From: Phoronis australis
Taxonomy: Eukaryota > Animalia > Phoronida
DNA length: 64,000 nucleotides
NCBI GenBank assembly: GCA_002633005.1
Contig: NMRA01000120.1
Coordinates: forward strand, 377,056-441,055
Reading direction: 5' to 3'
This document shows positions 14,200 to 27,870 of this stretch, piece by piece (position 1 is the stretch's first letter; every line of letters begins with the position of its first letter). Below the pieces are notes generated by a model. It did no database searches, had not been told where the DNA came from, and saw only the letters and a program-made list of their open reading frames with translations. The position numbers and the translations under genes were made by a program.

Positions 14200-15433
14200 A
14201 CTTGCCCCAATCCAAGTTGCAGATTGATCACGAAGCTGCTGGCAAGAAGGAACTATTTACTAACTGTGCATTCACAGTTTTGTTTTACTTTATTCTCTTT
14301 GGTACAAAAATTATTGCCAAAATTATTATTTTCCATTTTACAAAGGCTGATTACCATGTTGCAAGTGATGTAAACTTTACTATATTTTATCTCATGACAT
14401 GTTTACACTGCAAACCATGCTAGTGATTAAAACATTCAGTATTTGTTTTTGTGGTGGAATTTGACAAAATAGAAGTCAGGTGTTGGCCATTGCTGAAAGT
14501 AGGTCAAGACTTGCTGTATATTTGTATTTAGGGGCTTTCATTACCGCTCTGTGCTTTCTTCACACCTTCATATTTTGATCAGGGTGTGATGAATTCCTGG
14601 TTATCATATGCCCTCCAGTGATCATATTTCCTTTCTTCTCAACCACTTGGTTAGGTAGTAAGGTAACAGTTTATATCAATAATATGGTGTTGAGCTCTTG
14701 CTTAATTTGGACAATATCACAACATCTACTGGCGTTCCGCAACCTAAATATGGTGAAATACCCAAAAACTTGACTAGAAAAATGTAAGTAATCAGCTGCC
14801 ATTGTGTAAAGCTCCGATGATTGCTGTCTTGTTGCTGCAGGTTGCTCTGGGCAAGATGTTTTTTTTGGAAACTGGGTTCATGACAATATTTTGTTCGTGA
14901 TTTAGCTTCAGGGCATGTGGCGAGAGGCATGGTTTTGTAGGCTTAGATGTAATATAGGGTATTCAAGGCTTTTCAGTTCAGGACAATACAAATTATTTTG
15001 CTCAAGGGGCTTGTAGTAAATTTTAGGAAAAGGCCATAGTGGCTGCCCCAAGTTCAAGCATTGTGATCAACAACAAATGATCATTCACCTCCATGTTACA
15101 CATTATGGGGACTCATGAAAATGTTGAGTCAGCGGCTACGTTTTTAACGATTTTATGACCTGCCAAGTCTATTTGCAGACTCTTGATGTAATACGCAGTT
15201 TCCGTTATTTGAAAAGCATGATGAACGCCAAAGTCACCCGCATCCCAATCTTGAGAATCAAGAATATTCAATTTCGGCTTTAAATAAGGTTAATTTTAAT
15301 GTCCTATATCTTAAAACTGGAGATACTTTTTACCGTTGGTTACTTTTTGCATCACCTGGTTATGTCTCAAATGCGCATTTTTCTGATTGTCCAGGTTATT
15401 ATTGTTATTGTTATTTTTATGTAAAAAAGGCAA

Positions 15434-15533
15434 TAGTCATTGACAGGTGTCCTGCATTTTGAGAACCAGTTTGATGCCCCTCATTCAGTGTAGAAAACTG
15501 GTTCTCAAAATGTGGGACCCTTGAAAGTGACTA
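15434..15533. repeat. ~100-bp imperfect palindrome (mini-MITE-like hairpin)
   Basis: Core cattttgagaaccagttt / aaactggttctcaaaatg; outer tagtca / tgacta. Confidence 0.75.
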
Positions 15534-18500
15534 CAACCTGAAAAGTACTGGGCATTGGAACATGTGAATTATGTAATTAACCTATTTTTGCTTAAACCAA
15601 ACATTTTGTGTAACCTCTGTTCACATGCATTCACAGTGTTCATTTACGCTAAAAATTTAATTTGAGACAAAATATTAAAACTGCCATTTTTCTATGTTGC
15701 AGACTTGAACTACATTGCTGCAAATGTTGAAAATTGATCAAGTAAAAATTGTAAGGAACAAACCTCACTAAAACTAAACTTTTTTCCTGTAGTCCTTTTT
15801 GGTGACAGTTTCACAAAATGAAATTCCACTTTTCCACAATATTGTGAAATTTTTACAGCAATCATTTTTCGTTTAAATGGGGATTTTCGTTAATAATTCT
15901 GTCCTCTACTTGTTGTAGGCGCGCCCATTTGTACCTGTATATACCTGTTACGTGTCTGACTACAACCAGTGAAGGCTGTAACTGCAGACGACTCCCTGTG
16001 TACCCCACTACAGCAGCGCTGTGAGCGGTTGGAAACCCCAAAGAACTTCACAAATAAGCAACGACTAGACTAGCAGGTAGTAATTATTGCCCACGCTGTG
16101 GTAAAAGACACGTGACCTTACATTAGAAGTACTGCATTTTTAAAGTTTGTTAATTGTGGATGTTGAAATCTCTTGCCGATACATACTTGACAATTTTGAT
16201 ATTTTAATTAATAACCTGTCATGATGTTGCCACGGCACTATGTGAGACCTACCTATGCTCTTGTGCACAACAATTACTCAGGTGGGTAAAAGATTCTTAT
16301 GTAATGCTGGTTTGGTTACCAAGGTGACAGCAAATGAGAACATGGTGACAATTTGTATCAGCAAATGCAGATATAAGGCATCATGTGCTCTGCCTTCTCA
16401 ATGGCCTGCCCAAAATTTCTCGTTGATGCCATAGCAAAACATTTATTAAGTATTAAGTATCCTTTGAAAGCAAGTATTAAGAGACCTATTAAAAGAATTC
16501 TGTTTAACCTTAGCATCACTATCACCTTTTGTCTTGGCAATGAAGTGAAATGGGTCTAATTTTATAAAGGTCTTAAGTCTAACTGAAACGTTGGCTGATG
16601 ATGACAGCAGGCTGGTTGTACCTACCCAAAAATTCTCCAGTTTGGGACAATATGGCGGACAAGTGAATTTTTTTTTGTCAAATTTCTCATAAAGAATAGC
16701 TTTACTCTAGCATGTTTTGTATGCCGTAATTATTACTGCACAACGTTTGGTACAATTTTGACCATTTGCAACATTGTGGTAAACCTCTGAAAAATAGAAA
16801 TGTGGCAATTATTTTTGTCCCAAATTTAAGAATTTTCACCGCAATAGAGTCTGCTTTCCCCAAGTTTTGTAAGTGGGCAATTCCGTGAAAAGGTCAACCT
16901 AGAGACAAAAAATTAAAATTGTGTCTAGACTAACATTTCTGGTGTCATCTGAAAGCCCAGTCTGTCTGGTTTCAGGTCTCATGTTTGAATTTTCTATAGC
17001 TTGATTTTTTCCTAAACGGACCCATTTTTGGAGGTCACTTAGCCCTAAAAAATTACCCAATATTTATGTGTCTTGCTAATTATTGTCATAAATAAGCTAA
17101 TTATGGGTATTTTGCTATATTATCAAATTTGTGCAATCACATTAAGCCTAAACTTTCTAAAAAATGTCATTTGACCAATATCGCATCTTCAACATTTTTG
17201 GGTCAAAGGCCAACTCCTGAATATCATGGTGCCGTATGTCCGTTTCTTTTTAACTTGTTTCTGAGTACTATTGACCAAACGTTTAGATCCCAGTGACTAT
17301 TCCATAAGTTAGAAATCGTGTGACTGACGTACAGAAAATTTGCGTGTCCATCCGTTACACCCATGAAATTGTATTTTTCAGCCATTAAAAATAACCTTAG
17401 GTCTTATCTTTACTTTCCAAACTTGCAGAAGATGGAATTTGTCTCACACCTATGAACCTGAAACAATTAAATTGAAAGACAGTCATAAATTCAAGTACAG
17501 AAGTTGCTCCGCATTTAAACTAGTAGATGCATTGGACTTTTTCAATTTCAAAAGTATTTGCTGAGAAAATATACTTTATGGTGTCATCTTAGTTATTCTT
17601 GGAATTCAACTTGTTGAAATTTAAAAGTTGGACCACATCACCGTATGTAATTAAACAAAATGTTAACTTAATGAACTTAATGTTTTTGTGTTAGTGCCCC
17701 ATGCTTGTAAAGAAATCCTTAGTTTTTGGAAAACTTCTGATTAAGCAAAAAGTATTCATATATAGAAGATTTCCGTGAGTGCTCTGGGATTTAAATAATA
17801 ATAATAAAAGACCAAAAGGAATCCGTGTCAATTTGGTGTTCTGCTGGAATCATCATGTTACTTTCGCTCTGACTCGCCATGCTGTTTTTTGTTGAAAGTC
17901 ATATGTTAGAAAAGCATGACTAACATGTAGGACATGTGATCACTGTTACTTCAATTAGAACATGCATAACAATGTAGAACATTACAATGAGAGCTGTAAG
18001 TGCTTTATATGTAAGTTTTGAATACATGTAGTACTTAGTGACCAGCATATGGATACAAACAATGTTGTTTTTCCATACAAATATTGCCTTGGCTCATTAA
18101 GGCCAGCAAACACTTATTCAGGATGACATTTTACTCTATTGTCTATGCCACAACTTCTGCCTTTTTTTATTGCCTCGATATTTCTTCACTTAAATTTAGC
18201 ACACGACGTGACTAAAAAGTCAAATTTCTCTAAAAACAAGAATTAAAAAGATAAGTTACTATTACTTGCATGGTTTGTAATATGTAATGTCATTAAACAA
18301 CTTTTTGGTAAATTTTCCATTATTTGCAGTAAAGTTTGCAATCAACAAAATGGAAAATGGCAATTGTACTTGAAATCAAACTCAAAATTATTTTGCATAT
18401 ATTCCGTCCAGCTTTAACAGGAACTCTAGATTATTGTTTATTATTCAACTACTCAGGTACATTAAAGTTTATGCAGACAAATTTCTAGTAGAAGCTCACA

Positions 18501-18911
18501 CTTAATGGCCCCTAGATTTCAAGTAAAAACTCAAAATTTCGAGCTCAGCTTAAGTTTATAAAAATTGAAATAAGTGAGTTAAAAGGAAAATACTGTGGAA
18601 CCCTCATAATGTCATACCTCGGTTTGGACACAAATTGTGATATTAACCGGGATATTCCATTAAGTGGGTTTACACTTGGCAATGATTGTAACCACTCTTG
18701 TTAGCTAATCATGCTAAATGGAGTGTCGGGGTAAGACAGGTAAGCAGGAAACGTGGCGCCGAGATCCGATAAGGCAAACGAATGAGGTTAGTTTTTTGAC
18801 AGAAAAATGATGGTACAGGTGTTGATAAGCGGGTGAGAATTAATGTTGCTGATTTTTTAATGACAATATATGAGAATTGGACTGTAAATCATGACATTAT
18901 GCAACAGCGCT

Positions 18912-21420
18912 TGATTTGGCAACCTGCAGGTCGCTAGTGCGACCTCAGATTGTGTTTGGTGACCTGTGAAAACTCCACGAAATTGCCACCATGAGAATGA
19001 AAGTCGGACAATAATAATTCCCCCTAAATTTGTTTTAAAGTTCATGTTGGCTTCCAAACTTTAAATTACTAACAGTTTTCCTAGATTCATTACCTTTGAT
19101 TCACAATTGTTCCATTTATTTGTGAAATCAGTGCATTTTCCACCACAGGAGTCAGCACACATCAAACACGCTTAAATTACAACAGGAAATAAACAGGTGG
19201 AAGTCGGAAGTGTTTGGCAAAATCAGATTTCATTTGGCAACCTGAGGTTTTCAGTTTTGGCGACCTCAGATTTTGTTTGAGGAACTCGGAATTTTGCCAG
19301 GTCGCCAAATGCGACTTGCCGTGAAGCTAAGCGTGCAGGTTGTATCACATGTGTTTAATGGGAAATGATTTGTTTGTTTGACATTTCATGATAATAATTG
19401 GGATATTCTATAATCTGGTAGTGGACTCTAGCAAATAAAAGCAAAATTACAGTTGTAAACCGACAAAATTTTGAAAACCGCACCTTTAGCAGTGATTTGA
19501 GGAACCATTTTTTCAATATACGGAATCTCGAGTTTTGACCTGAAATTTCAGATTTAAACCAGGAATATTTTGAAGATTGAAATTGTTGACATGGGAATTT
19601 TCCCTTTGTCGAAGGCTACATGATTGGTCAGTTGTTGAGTCTTGAGTAAAGTTTGGTGGTCCACATTACAGGTTTAATAAACAAATCCATTGTTGTGATA
19701 ACAATAGTAGTCTCTTAATTTGGAACGCTTTCTATTACATGGCAAACTTGAGGTGAAATTTCAACTTGTATTGATTTGTAAAAGTTAGTTTTAGTTTCTG
19801 GGAACATTTCCAGTGTTTTTGATGCAATTTACACTTTGAATGACCGTATTTTGTTTCAAAACCATGTACACAATTCTAAAGTTTTAATGGTGAACCGAGC
19901 TAGCACTATGTTTGAAAACCATTGCTTTCGTTCATGTTTTGAGTGGAACTCTTTATTACGGGAGGTAGAGTTCCTAATTAGTCACCATCGACTGAAAGGA
20001 TTGATTGCTTGCAGCATGGAGATTCGATCACTGCTTACTTAATTTATTTGAATTTGAAGTTAGGCACTTGGGCTTGACCTAATTAGTGTTGCATGGGTCT
20101 TTAAGAAAATAATTAACTTTTCATGGAGGGAAGGATTTGTGTTTGCAGTCTCATGAGATTTTACANTGATTTGGCAACCTGCAGGTCGCTAGTGCAACCT
20201 CAGATTGTGTTTGGTGACCTGTGAAAACTCCACGAAATCGCCACCACGAGAATGAAAGTCAGACAATAATAATTCCCCCTAAATTTGTTTTAAAGTTCAT
20301 GTTGGCTTCCAAACTTTAAATTACTAACAGTTTTCCTAGATTCATTACCTTTGATTCACAATTGTTCCATTTATTTGTGAAATCAGTGCATTTTCCACCA
20401 CAGGAGTCAGCTCACATCAAACACGCTTAAATTACAACAGGAAATAAACAGGTGGAAGTCGGAAGTGTTTGGCAAAGTCAGATTTCATTTGGCAACCTGA
20501 GGTTTTCAGTTTTGGCGACCTCAGATTTTGTTTGAGGAACTGGGAATTTTGCCAGGTCGCCAAATGCGACTTACCGTTAAGCTAAGCGTGCAGGTTGTAT
20601 CACATGTGTTTAATGGGAAATGATTTGTTTGTTTGACATTTCATGATAATAAGTGGGATATTCTATAATCTGGTAGTGGACTCTAGCAAATAAAAGCAAA
20701 ATTACAGTTGTAAACCGACAAAATTTTGAAAACCGCACTTTTAGCAGTGATTTGAGGAACCATTTTTTCAATATACGGAATCTCGAGTTTTGACCTGAAA
20801 TTTCAGATTTAAACCAGGAATATTTTGAAGATTGAAATTGTTGACATGGGAATTTTCCCTTTGTCGAAGGCTACATGATTGGTCAGTTGTGGAGTCTTGA
20901 GTAAAGTTTGGTGGTCCACATTACAGGTTTAATAAACAAATCCATTGTTGGGATAACAATAGTAGTCTCTTAATTTGGAACGCTTTCTATTACATGGCAA
21001 ACTTGAGGTGAAATTTCAACTTGTATTGATTTGTAAAAGGTAGTTTTAGTTTCTGGGAACATTTCCAGTGTTTTTGATGCAATTTACACTTTGAATGACC
21101 GTATGTTGTTTCAAAACCATGTACACAATTCTAAAGTTTTAAAGGTGAACCGAGCTAGCACTATGTTTGAAAACCATTGCTTTGGTTCATGTTTTGAGTG
21201 GAACTCTTTATTACGGGAGTTAGAGTTCCTAATTACTCACCATCGACTGACAGGATTGATTGCTTGCAGCATGGAGATTCGATCACTGCTTACTTAATTT
21301 ATTTGAATTTGAAGTTAGGCACTTGGGCTTGACCTAATTAGTGTTGCATGGGTCTTTAAGAAAATAATTAACTTTTCATGGAGGGAAGGATTTGTGTTTG
21401 CAGTCTCATGAGATTTTACA
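18912..21420. repeat. 1255-bp tandem near-identical duplication split by a single N (probable uncollapsed haplotypes)
   Basis: 18912-20165 repeats at 20167-21420 with scattered substitutions (about 20 by eye); N at 20166. Confidence 0.9.
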
Positions 21421-22579
21421 TAGCTTTCAATGGTTCACAATAATCCAGATCTAAGTCTTAGAGGCTTACTATTTAATACTTTGCAGGGTGTATATATATT
21501 CCAAGTGTTGTACTTGTACTTGTAAAACATACTTAATTTCTGACATTGGAAAATTGATGGTCATTCTTGAAATTTGGAGATGTGTTTGCAGTTTTCAGAT
21601 TAAAGAGTTTAGTGCGGGTATTTTATTTTTTCTTGTATTATTTTCTGTTCGTTCGACGGATTGCAGATTCTGTTGAGTTGAAACACCTTCGCGGCTTACA
21701 ATTCATTACAGTTTCCTGTTATCCCTATATGAATGTTTAGTGATGTCGTATCTGCCATTATTATGATGTCATTTGGACCCACATGTATTTTTAGACGTGC
21801 ACAGCCGCATTGCATTTTCAAAAAATTTGCAACTCTTTGATTTTTTTGTGATTAAGATAACCAAGGTGCCAGTGTAGCATTTGAAATGTTTACAAAATTA
21901 TGTGTTTGGATTGATCGGTATTGTCTGACAACGGTTGTAAGCATTGTATGCTCCTGGAGAATTGAGAAAGATTAAGATTGACCAAGTCCATAACCAGGTA
22001 ATCATATTCAAAGTGCTTAAATAATTTACAGTGCTACTTAAATCTGGCCTAATGATTAGTAGCATTTTTAATTTTGGCCTTTTGATTTTACTTGACTAAG
22101 TCCAAAACCTCAAACTGACGTCATAAGCGAATAGAATGTTTGGATCTAAAATGTCATAATCAGGTGGCGTCATTGTTCGAAGTCCATAGTTAAATACCCG
22201 CTGATCCATGGGCATGGCCTATGAGATAACCTTGTCCTTTGGTAGACATTTTGTGAGATAAGTAAGTTAGTGAACAAATTTTCTCCGTATCCTGTGATGT
22301 GAAGTGGTGTAAGAATTTCACATAAACGTGAAATCAGCCCACCTATGACCGCCTGTTGAATTGTTTTAGTCAAATGCTTTGATTTTCCACCATAATTTTT
22401 GAAAGTTGGTTAATGTATTGTTCACCGTGTGGTTATGCAGATTAAGGTGTCTAACTCCTGCTTTATTTCTTTACATCGTTTACCTTTTGATTGATGATCA
22501 TTTAAATTGCATTCTTTTTAGTTAGGGACACTGTGTGTGCCAACTCTATAGATCTGTATATACAGTACTCCTTGGTTGT

Positions 22580-23367
22580 TACTTGGCGAAATAAATTTCG
22601 CCAAGTATATTGCTCTGACACTATGTTTGTTTTTTTTTTTTTTTGTTTGTTCGCACGATACAGGTCGCAATTTTCGTCCGATCATCATGAAATTTGCACA
22701 TAACACGTACTTCCGGAAGTCCTGGAAGCCTATTGTTTTTCGTCAAAATCGAATCCAAGATGGCGGCTGTGGCGGCCATTTTGTTTCCATTTAAAGGTTC
22801 AAATGCTTCTGGAGGCTACAATTTTTTACGTAGAAGGCTAAGAATCGGCACAGTAAATGGACCGGAAGCTTGCTACAAGTATACTGGAAATTGTTTACTT
22901 CCGGCTAAAGATGGCGGAAATATCGGCGATCGCGCATGCGCACCTCGATTTTGGCTTAAAAACGTTTTCTCCTCTAGAGGGCGCATTATCAGACAAATTC
23001 CTTCGAATTTTTACAGGTATTAGTTTCTTGTAACATGCTATTATACAAAGCCAAAAAACCGGAAGTTGCATTCAAGATGGCGGATATGGCGCATGTTGAC
23101 CCATTTTCAGTCGTCTGGAGAGCGATTTTAAACGGGAAGAGAAAAAGACGTGATTTTTTGCATGTAGATTCTTTAAAGTATAATCTTTCAAATGACCTGT
23201 AACAATTTTTTTCTCAGACTTACCGTTTTCGAGTTATTAGACTTTGAATTTCTTAAGAAAAACCCAAAATTTCATTTTTTTCGAAAAATTTACGGAATTA
23301 GACGATACCATCAGTTTATATAGAATTTTGAACGGGCTTTCAGAAGATGTTTTCCATTTTTCGCTAG
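22580..23367 (+). mobile_element. Helentron/DINE-1-like non-autonomous element, truncated by an assembly gap
   Basis: 5' hairpin TACTTGGCGAAAT-aa-ATTTCGCCAAGTA, then a T/GTTT tract, atgaaatttgcaca and repeated caagatggcgg. Related to 41952-42715. Confidence 0.6.
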
Positions 23368-23594
23368 NNNNNNNNNNNNNNNNNNNNNNNNNNNNNNNNN
23401 NNNNNNNNNNNNNNNNNNNNNNNNNNNNNNNNNNNNNNNNNNNNNNNNNNNNNNNNNNNNNNNNNNNNNNNNNNNNNNNNNNNNNNNNNNNNNNNNNNNN
23501 NNNNNNNNNNNNNNNNNNNNNNNNNNNNNNNNNNNNNNNNNNNNNNNNNNNNNNNNNNNNNNNNNNNNNNNNNNNNNNNNNNNNNNNNNNNNNN
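23368..23594. other. Assembly gap
   Basis: Run of N. Confidence 1.
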
Positions 23595-23619
23595 GTGACA
23601 AATTCTTTTGCACCCACTG

Positions 23620-24126
23620 CAAACTAAAGACCTGTCAATGTTTTGGGGATTTGCAGTCAATATGAATGGTTAACTCCAGTCCTGGATCAAAGTTAACAGC
23701 ACCAGTTAACTTCGCTGTAAACAGGTGCACTTCACAACGGAGCGCCGACGCTGCGATGCAATATGAATGATCAACTTCTGTCCCAGTGAAGTTATCGCCA
23801 GGGGCCACTGTTATCATGAGCAATTAAAGGGCAGTGTCATTGCTAATAATTGTTTATATTTTATATTTTGCTCGAATAATCACCAATTGAATTAGAAATA
23901 AGTTTTACCGATATGTCAATTAGCACATGTAAATGTTCCCAAATCGGCACATTTATGTTAAACATGCACGCGATGCACCAGCGCTACCTTGTGATTACTT
24001 CGATGACAACCCGCCGTTTACTTTGATGCCCGTTAACTACCAAAGCCAGTATGAACAGTTCACTTAACTTCTCAGTTTATGTCGAAGCTCCGCTCTGAGA
24101 CCGGAGTTAAGTCATTATGAAAGGAC
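23620..24126 (-). mobile_element. Family-D MITE, reverse orientation
   Basis: Reverse-complement similarity to 6804-7277 and 24555-25051; ends ggagttaagtcattatgaaagg. Confidence 0.75.
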
Positions 24127-24554
24127 GTAGATGCAATTGTGTGAATTTCTCCACCAATGAAGCTGTCTTCTATTGCGGAACCATTGTGAGAAGTCAAAAT
24201 TGTCCACGTGTAATTTTTTGTTTACGGCGTACCTTAGGGTATACCGTAAGTTACCCCTCAGCTTTGCTCCAATGACTTTGTTCAGTCAACGTTTTTTATT
24301 TGAATACTTTATCATCTAACGGATGTTTTGTAACCTGGATAGCAATCCAAGGTTTTGTGACAACAAGCCCTTCTCACTTGTTCATTGAATAGGGCCTGAA
24401 GTTCACTGCAGAATTCAGAAAACCTGTTTTCAATCATCACCACCAGAGCCAGTCCTGGAGTCATCATTATGTAGTTCATACTGCCTTGAAGAATGGCAAA
24501 AGTATTGATTTGTGAACTGTTGACCTCGGGTCATTTGGGGTTGAGGTTGTATAA

Positions 24555-25051
24555 GGCCGTTTCTTACTGACTTAACTCCGAACTAAGCGGAGCGTGGATG
24601 TTAAGTGCGAAGTTAACTAAACCGTTTATATTGGCTTTTGTAGTTAAGGAACATCGAAGTAAACGGTAGGTGACACTGTTGTCATCGAAGTAATCGCAAG
24701 ATAGCGCAGCACGCTAAGATTTTTTTAAAGTGACAATTTGGGAACATTTACATGGGCTAATTGACATGAAGCTTATTTTTAATTCGATTGGTCATTATTC
24801 GAGCAAAATTTAAGCAACTATTAGTGACTACACTACCCTTAAATTGTTGACGATAACAGTGGCACCTGGCGATAACTTTGATGGGACCGAAGTTGGCCGT
24901 TCATACTGCACCGCAGCGTCAACGCTGTTAAATCCACCTGTTAACTGCGATGTTAATTGGAGCTGTTAACTTCGATCCAGGACCGAAGTTAAGCGTTTAT
25001 ACTGACCGCAACTCTCCAAACCATCGACGCCGACGTTAGTATGAAAGGCCC
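24555..25051 (+). mobile_element. Family-D MITE
   Basis: ggccgtttcttactgac ... gttagtatgaaaggccc; colinear with 6804-7277. Confidence 0.8.
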
Positions 25052-25699
25052 TATAGAGATGCTATGCTGTGTAATATGTAAGGAGTTGTCATACAATGTT
25101 TGAAAAAAGAATTTCGGTCATGTGGTAAAGATGGAATACATTGTCTCATTGGTGAATTCTGGGTGTATTAAGGTCTTTAGGTCGGGGTTTGCGTTTAGTA
25201 TAGGTCATTCTACTCTCAGTCAAAGAGAGTTTCTGTAGTCATGGTTTTAAAAGTGTTTTAAGTGATAATCAAAACTTCACAACCTTTGGAACATCAAATA
25301 ATGAATGCTGTCTAGGAAAAGATGCTTGTCTTTCATTTTGTGTGTGTATAAACTGTGATATATTTGAAGCAGTTGTAATCAACACTGAATGAAGAGGTTT
25401 GCATCATTTTCTTAACTAAAAAAGAATTTAAATGAAAATTCCTGGCAATTGATTTGTTTTGCAATTATCACAGATTAATACAAAAATTTTGGAAGTCTGT
25501 GAACTAATTGCAAAGGAACCAAGAAAATCTCACAACAGTATGCCAAAAACAATAGAGATAAATGCCATTGAAGTTGAATGATCAGGCAGTAGTGCTATTT
25601 GGCTAAGTTATGCAAAATTTTTTAATTAAGACTACCGTTCTGCAGTAAATGGAAAGACCTATCACTAAAGAAAAAAATGTTTAAGGTTATGCAGGATCC

Positions 25700-26090
25700 T
25701 AGAAAAATGTCCAAATTTGGCTAACTTTAGAACATCATATCTCAGAAATGACTGATGGAGTTCAGATGAAATTTCAGATACTACGGTTTATGCACTGTTC
25801 TCAAGAATGCTTTTAGGAATTGTTTAAAAATGTTCCACTTTTTCATGAAGATCCATAAATATAGTACTTTTAGGATTTTCATGGATAAACTTTTACTAAA
25901 CAAAAGTGTAATGAAATTTTAGATAACTGTAACAGTGTTTTTGATATCTCACCTCGAACACTTACATCAAATAAAATTTGACTGATACCATTTGTGGGCA
26001 ATGTACCTTTCTTTTTTGCTAAACTTTACTGAAAGACATGGTCATGTGACCCAATTGATATATAGTTTCTAGGTATATATTGGTAAATGC
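25700..26090. repeat. Dispersed repeat (family F), boundaries approximate
   Basis: agaaaaatgtccaaatttg...catatctca... is shared with 32300-32700; part also matches ~2530-2610 in reverse complement. Confidence 0.55.
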
Positions 26091-26461
26091 ACAGGTTCGT
26101 CAATGAGGTCCTACATAACTGTAGTATGTGAATGATATGAAAGTTTCACAACACAACTACCGGGTTTTAAGGCAAGGTGAACTTTTGCGGCAGTAAATTT
26201 GGGTCATATGGAAGCTAAGATTCAACTGTCAGTAACAATATTGGGAGTTGAAAAGTAGTTGCAGGAAATGGCAACTATGTAATGACTAGTTGAACTAATT
26301 TGAATTTATCAGATGTATCAACTCATCGTTTTTACCAGTCCTGCGAGTTGAGCAACGTGGAGACTTACCTGTTGGCTGTCTTGCCGATCTGTCATCAATC
26401 CACAATTTTTCTTTCATTTTCTTTTAAATTGCTTATATCTGCTTCAAGTGAATAACATTTA

Positions 26462-27870
26462 CCGTATTCGCCGTAATAACCACCCAGGGCGCTTAGAAAA
26501 GTTCAGTTCGGGGGGCGCTTATTATAACCCACGGCGGTTGAAACCCGGTCTCCGAAATGGGTGAAATCGGAAGCTAAGATTCATGAAATTTACGCTCTGT
26601 GACGTATCTGTAATCTATGAAAGACTCAACAAACTGTGGTGCATTGCTATCAAACTTTGCTGCTAAATTACGATCATTTTACAGAAAATTGTGCTGAAAT
26701 CCCAGGGTGAAAACTCGCCGACTGACTGCCTCGAAATCGCCGTCTTCGATATGGCGACTTCAGTGCTTGAATAAAAATACTTTTGACTCAAGCAAATTAC
26801 CTGAAATCTTCATTAAGTTTTCTAAGTAGCGTCCCTAAGATTTTTTTAAAGTTCCCGTGGAGTCTGGATTAACGGCAGGTTTAAGTAAAAATCTGTGTAA
26901 CATCGTGCCATCTACATGTATGATCGGCAACACGGCGAGAAAAATGTCTGGACGAACACACATGCTGTTGTCACGTGATGTTTGTTTTGAAGTTTGTCTG
27001 TGTTTGTGAGTAAGCGAGCGCATGCGTGTCACCAGAGTTTATTTGCCAAAGCAGAGACCGTCTTTTGGCCAGAGCCACGCAATCTAACGAGCTAGATGTG
27101 CATTATGTCTAAAGAAATTTGCATGAGCAGTAGGCCTAAATCAGAGCGTGTTTCATTCAGCACTTGCCGGTCTCATGGCTAAAAACGTTTGACATTTGTC
27201 TCGGTAAGGCCCATATTAGTCGCCGTGTAGCTGGATGCGTACGTAACTATCTGACAGTTATTTTTCGGTGTAAGGGTGTGTAAGCATTCATTGTCAGTTG
27301 TCATTTTATCGGATATTTGACTTAAAAACACCAATTATTGTTAATCAAACAATCCATCTCAAAAATAACGCAAACATGCTTTATAGTATTAGAAATTGTC
27401 GGAAATAGTGCCAATATTCATTTCTTATCGATGCTATGCTACCCGTTTCATGAATGGATAGTTCCCGACTAATGTCTTTGATGAGAGGTTCATATATGTA
27501 GCGTGCACTTCCTGGCCACGTGTTATTTTTATTCATGAGACAGTCGATGTGTCTACTGAAAGGTCAGACCATAGTGGACACGGTCGTCGCGAGAGTACCA
27601 ACGCTGTTGCGTTCTTTTTTAAACGCTGCGTTACTTTGAAGTGTATAGTCACGGCTAAATACAAACGTAGCAGTGCCACTGGTGGTCTAGTCAAGACCCG
27701 TGCAAAATTTTTTTGATAAATTGAAGACGTTACTGTAGCCGAGTTTTAGGACTGTAGGTACGTCATTGTTTGCATGTATACGTTCATGGACTGGGCGCTT
27801 ATTTCAGCAAAGTCTGAAAACGCGTGGGGGGCGCTTATAGGGGCATGGGCGGTTATTACGGTGAATACGG
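26462..27870 (+). mobile_element. Family-A non-autonomous DNA transposon (CCGTA termini, TA flanks; Tc2/pogo-like)
   Basis: ta|CCGTATTCGCCGTAATAACC ... GGTTATTACGGTGAATACGG|ta; subterminal gggcgctta repeats; partial HIRAN-like relic at ~27545-27730. Confidence 0.85.
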
